Positions 18,655-29,400 of a stretch of 64,000 nt of DNA are shown here, piece after piece. The stretch is taken from contig CAYJMG010000003.1 in NCBI GenBank assembly GCA_964371355.1, positions 89,351 to 153,350 of the forward strand. Reading direction: 5' to 3'. How positions within the stretch are numbered: position 1 is the stretch's first letter; the number at the start of each line of letters is the position of its first letter. The translations under genes and the position numbers were made by a program. Source of the DNA: an uncultured Dehalococcoidia bacterium. Lineage in GTDB: Bacteria; Chloroflexota; Dehalococcoidia; DSTF01; JACRBR01. The notes beneath the pieces are model-generated. The model was given only the letters and a program-made list of their open reading frames with translations. It searched no databases and was not told the DNA's origin.

Positions 18655-19539
18655 ATGACGGCGACGGTGACAATGATCACGGGGACAAGTACGGGGCTGG
18701 GGCGCGCGGCAGCGCTGCACCTGGCGCGGAAGGGCCACCGCGTCTTCGCGACCATGCGGTCGCCCGAACGTGGGTCCGAACCGCTTCTGGCGGCGGCCAA
18801 GGCGGAGGGACTGGCGCTGACCGTCTCGCGCATGGACGTGACGGACAGGGCGTCGGTGCAGGCGGTGGTCGAAGCGGCGCTGGCGGATGCCGGCCGCATC
18901 GACGCCGTTGTGAACAACGCCGGCCTGGGCGATCTCGGCGCGCTGGAGCTGGCAACCGACGAGCAGATGCGGGCGATGTTCGAGACCAACGTCTTCGGCC
19001 CGGTCCGCGTGGCACGCGTCGTGCTTCCGTCGATGCGGGCGCGCGGCGGCGGGACGATCGTGAACATCAGCTCGGTGGCAGGGCTGATCGTCGGGCCGGG
19101 CGACGGGCTGTACGCGGGCACAAAGCATGCGCTTGAGGCGATCAGCGAGGCGCTGGCGATGGAGGTCTTGCAGTACGGCATCCGCGTCGCCATCATCGAG
19201 CCCGGCTTCTTCGCGACGCCCATCATCGACAAGGCGATGGGGTCGGTGACGGCAGCGGGCGAGGCGCCATACGCGAACATCGAGCGGCGGATCGCGGGGA
19301 TCTACGCCGGCGGGAAGGCGGTGGCGCAGGACCCGCAGCTCGTGGCCGAGGCGATCGAGCACGCGATCGCGACGGACGCGCCGAAACTGCGGTACCTGGT
19401 GGGGGTGGACGCGCACGTGTTCGCGGAGAAGCGGCCGCTGATGAGCGACGAAGAGTACGTGGACGGTTTCGGGCGGGTGCAGACCGACGAGGAGTTCTTC
19501 GCGGAGTTCGTCCGCCGCTTCCCCATGCCGACGGGGTAG
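18655..19539 (+). CDS. SDR family oxidoreductase
   Basis: TGTSTGLGR cofactor motif, NNAG, and a YxxxK catalytic pair (YAGTKHA). GGAGGAG RBS. Confidence 0.85.
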   Translation: MTATVTMITGTSTGLGRAAALHLARKGHRVFATMRSPERGSEPLLAAAKAEGLALTVSRMDVTDRASVQAVVEAALADAGRIDAVVNNAGLGDLGALELATDEQMRAMFETNVFGPVRVARVVLPSMRARGGGTIVNISSVAGLIVGPGDGLYAGTKHALEAISEALAMEVLQYGIRVAIIEPGFFATPIIDKAMGSVTAAGEAPYANIERRIAGIYAGGKAVAQDPQLVAEAIEHAIATDAPKLRYLVGVDAHVFAEKRPLMSDEEYVDGFGRVQTDEEFFAEFVRRFPMPTG

Positions 19540-19628
19540 GACTTGGTCGTTAGGCGTTAGGCGTAAGGCGTTGGGGCCCAGCGCGCCGGGCGCGGTTCCG
19601 TAGCTGACCCTTGACTACTCCTGACTGA

Positions 19629-20291
19629 GTGGCCTATTATTCGACCGTGCGGTCGAAGAGCGAACCGAGTGTTCTAGAGAAAGTCTCGGCTGGCGAGGAA
19701 CAGTCGTTCATCGAAGCTGCCCGGCGGGCGCAGATCGTGCGCTGCGCGATCGACACGATCGCCGAACTGGGGTACGCGCGCGCTTCGCTGGTCGAGATCG
19801 CGAAACGCGCGAAGGTCAGCAAGAGCGTCATCTCGTACTACTTCGCCGGCAAGGACGAGCTGATTCTGCAGGTCGTCGAACACGTCTACACGGCCGGAGC
19901 GGAGTTCATGCTGCCACGGATCGTGGCGCATACCCCATCCCGCGCCCAACTCCGGGCGTACATCCTGGCCAACGTCGCCTACATGATGGAATACCCGAAG
20001 AACGTGCAGGCGATGGTCGAGATCGTGTGGGGCTTCCGTGACGAGCGGGGCCAATCGCGGCTGGACGAGCATGGGCACGACCCGATCCAGGCGGCGGTGG
20101 AGGAGATGCTTCGGGCAGGACAGGAGGCGGGCGAGTTTCGCGCGTTTTCCCAGGACAGCATGGCCTTCGCGATCAGGGCGGCCATCGACATGCTGCCGCC
20201 GTTGGCCTCCGCGCACCCGGAGACGGACCTGGCGCGCTACGGCGAAGAGTTGGCGGATCTGTTCGACATCGCGACGCGAAGCGGGATCTAG
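19629..20291 (+). CDS. TetR/AcrR family transcriptional regulator
   Basis: N-terminal HTH (IAELGYARASLVEIAKRAKVSKSVISYYFAGKDEL). GTG start at 19629; the exact start is uncertain. Confidence 0.8.
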   Translation: MAYYSTVRSKSEPSVLEKVSAGEEQSFIEAARRAQIVRCAIDTIAELGYARASLVEIAKRAKVSKSVISYYFAGKDELILQVVEHVYTAGAEFMLPRIVAHTPSRAQLRAYILANVAYMMEYPKNVQAMVEIVWGFRDERGQSRLDEHGHDPIQAAVEEMLRAGQEAGEFRAFSQDSMAFAIRAAIDMLPPLASAHPETDLARYGEELADLFDIATRSGI

Positions 20292-20309
20292 CAAACAAGG
20301 AGCACGGAA

Positions 20310-21164
20310 ATGCGAGAGTTCAAGGGCAAGGTAGCCGTCGTCACCGGCGCGGCGAGCGGCATCGGGCGAGGGCTGGCGGAGAGGTTCGCCACCGAGGGCA
20401 TGCGCGTGGTTATGGCCGACGTCGAGCAGCCGGCCCTGGACGCCGCGGCACGCGAGCTGGCTGCGAGCGGCGCCGAAGTGCTGGCGGTGCGGACCGACGT
20501 CTCGAAGGAAGCCGATATGCAGGCGCTGGCCGCGAAGACGATGGAGCGGTTCGGCGCGGTGCACGTCGTGTGCAACAACGCGGGCGTGGGCGGCGGCGGG
20601 CCGCAAGCGTCGTGGGAGTGCCCTCTGGTCGACTGGGAGTGGACGCTGGGTGTGAATCTCTGGGGCGTGATTCACGGGGTGCGGGCATTCGTCCCGCTGA
20701 TGCTCAAGGGCGGCGACGAAGGGCACATCGTGAACACGGCGTCAGTCGCCGGGCTTATCGCCGGTGCGGGCGGGCCGGCGTACACGACGACCAAGTTCGG
20801 TGTGGTGGGGTATTCGGAGGCGCTGCACCACGAGCTGGCGTACGCCTCGAGCGGGAAGATCAACGTGTCGGTGCTGTGTCCGGCGCTGACGAACACGCGG
20901 ATCATCGAGTCGGGGCGCAACCACCCGGCGGGGCCGCAGCCCCAGCCCGCGCCGGGAACACCCGAGCACGCGATGCTGGACATGATCAAGGGCATCTTCG
21001 CGGGCGGGATGGCGCCGTCCGAGACCGCGGCGATCGTGCTGGACGCGATCTGCAACGAGCGCTTCTACGTACTCACACACCCCGAGCACAACCCGCGGCT
21101 CCAGGCGCGCGCCGAGGCGATCGTCGGCGGCGGGGAGCCGCCCTTGCTCACGCCGATGCCGTAG
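20310..21164 (+). CDS. SDR family oxidoreductase
   Basis: VTGAASGIGRGLA, NNAG, YTTTK. AAGGAG RBS. Confidence 0.85.
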   Translation: MREFKGKVAVVTGAASGIGRGLAERFATEGMRVVMADVEQPALDAAARELAASGAEVLAVRTDVSKEADMQALAAKTMERFGAVHVVCNNAGVGGGGPQASWECPLVDWEWTLGVNLWGVIHGVRAFVPLMLKGGDEGHIVNTASVAGLIAGAGGPAYTTTKFGVVGYSEALHHELAYASSGKINVSVLCPALTNTRIIESGRNHPAGPQPQPAPGTPEHAMLDMIKGIFAGGMAPSETAAIVLDAICNERFYVLTHPEHNPRLQARAEAIVGGGEPPLLTPMP

Positions 21165-21534
21165 CGAGCTTGGCGATGCGGCCGACGTCGGGGTGAAAGA
21201 GGACGAGCTGGCGCGCCTCCACCCAGGCGTTGCTCGGCACCGGGATGCGCGCAGCGTACGCCGCGGCTTCGGCCGCGTCCCTGCAATCGATGATGTAGTA
21301 GCCGCCGATCGCCTCTTTCGTTTCGGCGAAAGGGCCGTCGCTGCCTATGACTGCTCCTGCCTTCACGCGCAGCGGCCGTGCCATCTCGACCGGCATGAGC
21401 GCGCCGCCGGAGACGTACACACCCGTTTGGCGCAGATCCGCCTCGAGCGCCTCGTGCTCGGGCAGGAGGGACGGCTTGTCGGTGGGCGCAAGCGGCACGG
21501 CGGGGTCGTACTGGATGAGGAACATGTACAGCAT
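21148..21534 (-). CDS. YciI-like protein
   Basis: 129 aa from the ATG at 21534 (AGGAGA RBS), with a YCII-related fold signature. The track ORF carries an unsupported 75-codon N-terminal extension. Confidence 0.65.
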   Translation of the reverse strand: MLYMFLIQYDPAVPLAPTDKPSLLPEHEALEADLRQTGVYVSGGALMPVEMARPLRVKAGAVIGSDGPFAETKEAIGGYYIIDCRDAAEAAAYAARIPVPSNAWVEARQLVLFHPDVGRIAKLATASA

Positions 21535-21873
21535 GGTCGGTCTCCTGTGGGCAATGTCGCGAGCGTTCGCCCGCGCACTATAGCGACGGCGGCCGGAGCC
21601 GCGATCGACGGCGTTGCAGAAAACGCAGCCAGGGGGCACGCTGCCGATGCGATAACCCACGCCGGGGCGCGAAAGGTGGCCGACAGTTGGGTGCAAAACG
21701 CGCAGAGACTGCCCGGAAGGAGCGAGAGGCGCTTCACGCGCGGCTGGCGCTGGATCCAACGCTACCCGAGAAGATTGACCGGGCGCTCACCGGCTACGCG
21801 GAGGCGCGAGCACGAGGTGAGCTACACAAGGATCGAGCCGCGGACGCCAGCGGCCGGACCGCGACGACCAACT

Positions 21874-23163
21874 TTAGCGCATGGCCACCGGCACGTACTC
21901 GCGGCCGCGGTTGCCGGTGTAGACCTGGCGGGGGCGGGCGATCTTCTGCTCGCCGTCGGTGATCATCTCGCGCCACTGGGCCACCCAGCCGGCCGTCCGC
22001 GGGATGGCGAAGAGCACCGGGAACATCTCGACCGGGAAGCCCAACGCCTGGTAGATGATGCCGCTGTAGAAGTCGACGTTCGGGTACAGCTTCCGCGAGA
22101 TGAAGTACTCGTCCTCCAGGGCGATCTTCTCCAGCTCGAGCGCGATATCGAGCATGGGGTTGCGGCCGACGAGGTCGAACACCTCGTACGCCGTGCGCTT
22201 GATGATCTTCGCGCGCGGGTCATAGTTCTTGTACACCCGGTGGCCGAAGCCCATGAGCCGGCCCTCGCCTGCCTTCACGCGCTTGATGAAGTCGGGGATG
22301 TTCTTGATGTCCCCGATGTGGTCCAGCATGCGGAGCACCTCTTCGTTGGCGCCCCCGTGCAGCGGGCCGTAGAGAGCGGCACAGGCCGCGGCCGTGGCCG
22401 AGAACGGATCGGGGCGGCTGCTGCCGACGGCGCGCATGGCGTTGGTGCTGCAGTTCTGCTCGTGGTCGGCATGGAGGATGAAGAGGACGTCGATGGCACG
22501 CTCGAGGACAGGGTCGGGCTTGTAGTCCTTTTCGGCGACGTGACGCCAGAGCATGCTGCAAAAGTTAGCCGGGAAGGATAGATCGTTGTCCGGATAGATG
22601 ATCGGGAGACCACGGGTGCGCCTGTACGCGTACGCGGCGATCGTCGGCATCTTGGCGATGAGGCGCCAGGTCTGCAACTCGCGTGATGCAGGATCGTCCA
22701 CGTCCTTGCCGTCCTTGTAGTACGTGGAGAGTGCCGCGACCGTCCCGACGAGCATGCCCATCGGGTGAGAGTCGTAGTTGAAGCCGTCGACGAACTTCTT
22801 GGTGTTCTCGTGCACCATCGTGTGATAGGTGATGTTGTGCACCCACCCGGCAAGCTCCGTCGTGGTTGGCAGCTCCCCATACAGGAGCAGGTAGGCGGTC
22901 TCCAGGTAGGTGCTCTGCTCGGCGAGTTGCTCGATGGGGTAACCGCGATACTCCAGGATGCCCTGGTCGCCGTCGATGTAGGTGATGGCGCTACGGCAGG
23001 AGGCGGTGTTGGTGAAGGCCGGGTCGTAGGTCATCAACCCGAAATCGCCGTCGTCGACGCGGATCTGGCGGAAGTCCATCGCGCGGACGGTACCGTCGGT
23101 GATCGGGACCTCGTACTGCTTTCCGGTGCGGTTATCGGTGACGGTCAGCGTGTCCTTGGGCAT
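21874..23163 (-). CDS. gltA: Citrate synthase
   Basis: 429 aa with full-length citrate synthase signatures (GFGHRVYKNYDPRA, the catalytic His/Asp region). Confidence 0.95.
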   Translation of the reverse strand: MPKDTLTVTDNRTGKQYEVPITDGTVRAMDFRQIRVDDGDFGLMTYDPAFTNTASCRSAITYIDGDQGILEYRGYPIEQLAEQSTYLETAYLLLYGELPTTTELAGWVHNITYHTMVHENTKKFVDGFNYDSHPMGMLVGTVAALSTYYKDGKDVDDPASRELQTWRLIAKMPTIAAYAYRRTRGLPIIYPDNDLSFPANFCSMLWRHVAEKDYKPDPVLERAIDVLFILHADHEQNCSTNAMRAVGSSRPDPFSATAAACAALYGPLHGGANEEVLRMLDHIGDIKNIPDFIKRVKAGEGRLMGFGHRVYKNYDPRAKIIKRTAYEVFDLVGRNPMLDIALELEKIALEDEYFISRKLYPNVDFYSGIIYQALGFPVEMFPVLFAIPRTAGWVAQWREMITDGEQKIARPRQVYTGNRGREYVPVAMR

Positions 23164-23422
23164 GGTGGAGTCCTCCAGGCGGGCCGGGGGGCGCGCGTTG
23201 CTGCGTCTGGGGGTGGTAGCACCCGGGCGTCCCGCGGGGGCCGTCGCGGCTGCTGCTCCGGCGTGAGCATAGCAGGAACGCGCCGAACGCTCTCCCTAAT
23301 CAATGTCACGGATGCGCATAAGCGGCTGCCCGATGCAGGGGCAAACCCCCGGTTCCGATACTCACGTGGTTTCGCGCGCGGGCGGGCCGGATGGGGGAAA
23401 CCGCGCAAGCTTCGGGGGCCGG

Positions 23423-26400
23423 ATGAATCACCAGCAGACAGGCTCGCAGGGAATGCAGGGCCTGGCAGCCGATGCCGCTCTGCGCGCGGTCGTCGAGCGC
23501 GTGTCCGGATCTTCAGGCGGCGAGTTCTACCGGCGCCTGGCCGCCGAGCTGGGCCACGTGTTCCGCGCATCCTACGCGGGAGTTGGCGAACTGTCCCTCG
23601 ATGGCGAGCGGGTGTCGCTGCTGGGCGCGTGGTCGCGCGACCCGACGAGTACCCCCGGCGACTTCGCCGTCGCCGCGACGCCCGCCGAGCCCGTCGCACA
23701 GGGCGAGATACGGCTGCACCGCGAGCGCGTCCGGCGCGAGTTCCCCGCCGACCAGCGGCTACAGCGGCTCTTCGCCGAGAGCTACCTGGGTGTCCCCATC
23801 ACCGACGGGCGGGGCGACGTCCTGGGCCTGATCGAGTTGATCGCCGACACCCCGGTGCGCGATGCGGACGCGGCCACCGCGATCGTCATGGCAATGGCCG
23901 AGCGGACGGCGACCGAGATGGAGCGCGACCAGGCAGAGGCCGCGCTGCGCGACAGCGAGATGCGGTACCGGGCGCTCATCGAGGACTCGTTTCACCTGGT
24001 GGCCGAAGTCGTCGACGAGCGCTTCATCTACGCCAGCTCGGGCTACACCGATACGCTGGGCTACCCGCCGGAAGACCTGCTGGGCGGCAGCGTCTTCGAG
24101 CTGATCCACGAAGAGGATCGCAAGGCCGCAGCCGGCGAGCTGCGGGCGATGCTTTCGCAGCGGCGCGCGGCCCACTTCACCGTGCGTATGAGGCACGAGC
24201 AGGGTGCATGGCGATGGATCGAATGCACGGCGCGCGCGTTCCGCACAAGCGGCGGCGAGTTCCGGACGACGCTGTTCTCGCGCGACGTTACCGACCGCGT
24301 GAAGGCGGAAGCGGCGCTCCGTGAGAGCGAGGAGTTGTTCCGCTCGCTCATCAAGGACCTGCGCGTGGGCGTGGCGCTGCACGACGCCGACGCGCGTGTG
24401 TTGGTCTGCAACGACGCGGCGCTCGCGCTCCTTGGACTGACCGAGGAGGAGGTCCTGGGCAAGACGTCGTACGACGACTCGTGGCGGCCGACGCGCGAGG
24501 ACGGCACGATCATCCCCCCGAACGAGCGCCCGGTGCCGCTCGCCATTGCGACGGGCGCGCCGGTGCGCGACATCGTGTACGGCGTACATCGCCCAGCCAC
24601 GGGCGAGCAAGCCTGGGTGTTGGCGAGCGCGGAGCCGCAGTTTGATGCGGACGGCAGGGTGCACCGCGTCATCTGCTCGTTGAACGACATCACGGCGAGG
24701 CTCATGGCGGAGCAGGAGCTGCGGGCGAGCGAGGGGCGGTTCCGTTTCCTGGCTGAGAACAGCATGGACGTCATCTCCCGCTACGACGCGGACGGACGCT
24801 GTGTCTGGATGTCCCCGTCAGTCACGCCACTAACGGGCTACACGCCGGAGGAGGTCGTCGGGCACTCGCTGGCCGAGATCTTTGCGAACAACGACGACGG
24901 CCTGCTCGCCGGCGCGCTGGCCAACGTGCAGGAAGGCATCGAGTCGTTCCGCACGACCTTCCAGGTCCGGCACAAGGATGGGCACCAGGTCTGGATGGAG
25001 GCGACGAACAAAGTCGTGCGCGACCCCGAGACGGCGGACGTCATCGAGATCCAGACGTCGGCGCGTGACATCTCCGGCCGGAAGCGGGCGGAAGACGAGT
25101 TGCGGGAGAGCGAGGCTCGCTTCCGGCTGCTGGCCGAGAACTCGACCGACATCATCGCGCGATACACGCCCGGAGGCAGGTGCATCTGGGTCTCGCCGTC
25201 CATCAGGAGCGTCACGGGGCGCGACCCCGAGGCCGTCATCGGCCAGATCCCGGGCCACCAAATCCACCCGGATGACCGCGAAGGCGCCGTCGAGGCAATG
25301 CGCGCCCTGGCCGCGGGCGAGGATCAGCGGACGTACACCTTCCGGTTCCAGCACGTCGACGGCCACTACATCTGGCTGGAAGCGCACGCCCGCGCCATCC
25401 GCGACGCCGGCGGGGCCCTGACCGAAGTCCAGACGTCGTCACGCGATGTCACGGCGCGTATGAACGCGGAGGACGAGCTGCGGGAGAGCGAGACGCGCTT
25501 CCGCCTGCTGGCGGAGAACGCTACTGACATGATCTCCCGCTTCGCCCTGGACGGAACGCGTCTCTGGGTTTCGCCATCCGTGCAGGCGATCACCGGCTAC
25601 TCACAGGAAGAGACGATGCAATCGGGCCCCGTCGACAACGTCCACCCTGACGACGTTGCGGCTCTCCAGACGTCGTTCCGGGCGATGGTCGACGGTGAAG
25701 CCTCGCGACGCACGACCTTCCGCTTCCGGCACAGGGACGGGCGTTACCTCTGGCTCGAAGCCGACGGCCGGGCGATCCGCGACGAGGACGGACGGGTGAT
25801 CGAGATCCAGTCGTCCGCCCGCGACGTGACGGCACGCAAGCAGGCCGAAGAGGAACTGCGCGAGAGCGAGGGTCGCTTCCGGCTGCTGGCCCACAACTCC
25901 ACGGATATCATCGGGCGCTTCTCGCCGGACGGCAGGTGTGTCTGGATCTCACCCTCGGCACAGCCGATCACCGGATACACCCCCGAGGAGATCGTGGCGG
26001 CGGCGCCCGCGAAGTTCGTGCACCCCGACGACGCGCTCGAAGTGTGGAACGCGTTCAACGGGATGGTGGAAAGCGGGGCTACGCAGCGCGCCACATTCCG
26101 CTTCCGTCACAAGGACGGCCACTACATCTGGCTGGAGGCGAACGGCCGCGCGGTCCGCGACGACACAGGCCAGGTGGTCGAAATCCACTCCGCGACCCGC
26201 GACGTAACGGCGCGGATGGAGGCGGAGGACGACCTGCGCGAGAGCGAGGGGCGGTTCAGGCTGCTGGCGGAGAACGCGACCGACATGATCGGGCGGTTCA
26301 CGCCGGACGGCGTGTGCCTCTGGGTGTCGCCATCGGTCACCGCCGTCATGGGCTACGAGCCGGCGGAACTCATCGGCCAGAATCTCCGAGAGGGGATCCA

Positions 26401-29400
26401 CCCGGACGACCTGGCGGCGATCTCGCGTGGCCCGGACTGGGAACGGCCGGACTCGGTCACGTCCCTGATGCGCTATCGGCACAAGGCCGGGCACTACATC
26501 TGGATCGAATCGACCAGCAATGCGGTGCGCAACCCGCAGACCGGCGAGGTCATCGAGATCCACAACACGTCGCGCGACGTCACGGCCAGGAAGGCAGCGG
26601 AGGACGATCTGCGCGAGAGCGAGGCCCGCTTCCGCCTGCTCGCGGAAAACGCCACCGACGTCATCGGCCGCTACGCGATGGATGGCCGCTGCCTCTGGGT
26701 ATCGCCCTCGGTCACGCAGGTCCTGGGCTATGCGCCCGACGAAATCGTGGGGCAGGAACCATTCGGCCACATCCACCGCGACGACCTGCAGGACAACATG
26801 CCGTTCCGGCCGGGCGCGACGGATCTGCCGGACCAGTGGCGTACGACACTGCGCTACCGCCACAAGGACGGGCGCTGGGTGTGGCTGGAATCGACGAACC
26901 GCCCGGCCCGCGACCCGCAGACAGGCGCGATGCTCGAAGTGCACTCGACCTCGCGCGATGTCACCGCACGCATCGAGGCCGAGGAGCAGCTCCGCGCCAG
27001 CGAATCGCGGTATCGATCGCTCAGCGAATCCTCCCCGCTCGGCGTGTACGAAACAACAGCCGACGGCGACGCGACGTACTTCAACGAGCGCGCGATCCGG
27101 ATGGCCGGCATCGGCCTCGACGAGCTGAAAGGCTGGGGCTGGAGCCGTCACGTGCACCCCGACGACCGGCCGATCGTGGAAGCGGCGTGGCGTGCTGCGA
27201 CGCAGGACGGCCGTGAGTGCACCATCGAGTACCGCCTCCAGACGCCGCGCGGCATCATCTGGGTGTCCTCGCACGCCCTCCCCATCCGGCTCCCGGACGG
27301 CACTGTCGAGAAGTACGTCGGCACCATCGACAACATCACCGAACGGCGGGAGGCCCAGGAGGCAGTGCGGCGCAGCGAGCAGCTCTTCCGCGCCACGCTG
27401 GAATCGACCGCCGACGGCATCATCGTCACGCGGCCCCTTGGCGAGCTGATGTACTGGAACAACCGCGCGGCGGAGATGCTCGCGATCCCGCAGACGGTGC
27501 TGGACACCCACAGTGTGCAGGCCTTCGGGCGATACATCATCGAGAATGCCCGGGAGCCGGAGGCGCTGGTGATGGCGTTCTCCTCGCTTCCCTCCGACGA
27601 GCCCGTGCAAGCAGGCACCTGGACCGCGCGCGACGGCCGGATGTTCGAGGCCTTCGCGCACCCGCTGCACGACCCTTCGGGCGACCTACTGCGCGTGTGG
27701 AGCATCCGCGAGGTGACCGAGAAACACCAGTCGGAAATGGCGCTGCGCCAGAGCGAGGACCGGTTCCGCTCGCTGGCCGAGCACACGACGGACCTCGTCC
27801 TTGGTATCTGCGGGCCCGGCGTTATCGACTACGCGAGCCCGAACTGGTCCTCGGCAATGGGCTACAACCCCGAGGTCATGATCGGGCGGAACGCGCTCGA
27901 CTTCGTGCACCCTGACGACCTCCCGTACACCCTCGAAGAGTTCGAGCGCGCGGCGGAGGGCGACCGTGCCGTCTGCACGATGCTGCGGGCACGTCATGGG
28001 CAGACCGGCGAATGGCGCTGGTGCGAGCTGACGGCGAACTTCTACACCTCGGACATGGGCGAACAGCGCGCCGTCGTCACCGCCCGCGACGTCACCAGCC
28101 GAAAACAGGCCGAAGACGCGCTGCGGGAGAGCGAGGAGCGCCTGCGGACGGTCGTGAACAGCGTCCCCCTGGTGCTTGTCGCAGTCGACCGGGACGAGAC
28201 GGTCGTGCTCGCGGAGGGCCAGGGCCTTGGCCTGCTCGGCACTCCGACCCGGCCGCTGGTGGGCAGGTCGATCGCGGAGGAGCTGGAGAACCACCCGCAG
28301 GTGCTCGCCGACATGCGGCGCGCGCTCGCCGGTGACGAAGTCTCCACCACGACCGTGTTCGGACGCATCGTGTTCGAAGCGCACTTCCGCCCGATCTTCG
28401 ATGAACACGGCCAGCCCAACGGCATGATCGGCGTGGCATACGACATCTCGGCGCGCGTCGAGGCAGAGCGCATGTTGCGGGACAGCGAGGAGACGGCGCG
28501 CGCCCTGCTGAACGCGCCCACCGACGGCGCCGTGCTGGTCGACCGCGAGGGCACGATCCTGGCCATGAACGAGACGGCGGAACGGCGCTTCCGCGAGCAC
28601 GCCTCGAAGCAGGGTGTAGGGCCGCGCGACTTCATCGGCACGTGCGTCTTCGATATCTTCCCGCCCGACCTCCGCGCCCAGCGGCGGGCACGCAACGACG
28701 AGGTGTTCCGCAACGGCCAGCGCCGCCACTTCGAGGACGAGCGCGACGGCATCTGGACCGACGTGACCGTCGACCCAATCCGCGACGCTGACGGCAACAT
28801 CGTGCGCCTGGCGATCTTCTCCCGCGACGTCACCGACCGCAAGCGCGACGAGGCCGCCCTGCGCAAGCGCTCGCGCGAACTCGAGGCACTGAATGACTAT
28901 CTCGAGAAGACATCGGCCGAGCTTGAGCGCTCCCAGGACGAGCTGCGCGAGGCGAGCGAGCAGCTCGCGGAGCTGCTGGACGCAGAACAGGCGCGGTCGA
29001 AGACCGACACACTGACCGGAGCGCTGAACCATGGGACCATCTCCGAGGCCATCTCGGAGGCGATCGCGGCGGATGTTGCGCTCGCCGTAGCCATGGTCGA
29101 TGTGGACGGCATGAAGGCCGTCAACGACACCTACGGCCACCAGGCGGGCGACCAGGTCCTCCTCGCGGTCGTGCAGGCCATCACCCGCCCAGGCGCCATC
29201 ACCGGCCGCTACGGAGGCGACGAATTCCTGGTGGCGCTGCTGAACGCCGACCGCATCGAAGCCGAAGCCTACAGGGACGCTGTGGGGGCGGCGCTGCAAG
29301 GGGCCGGCGTGGTGGACCCCGAGAGCGGGGCCCGCGTCCCCGTCGTCGCCAGCGTGGGCATCGCCATGTACCCTGAGGACGCGGACACGCTAAAGGCGCT

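Noticed and set aside
21687-21962. 91-aa ORF (MGAKRAETARKEREALHARL...) between yciI and gltA
   Set aside because: It would overlap the 3' end of gltA by about 90 nt on the opposite strand and its C-terminal half is Arg/Gly low complexity. The N-terminal 60 codons could be a small gene but there is no support.
24712-26985. Possible CRISPR array suggested by regularly spaced repeats
   Set aside because: The repeats are about 378 bp coding PAS cassettes within one ORF. They are not 25-45-bp repeats with unique spacers, and no cas genes are nearby.
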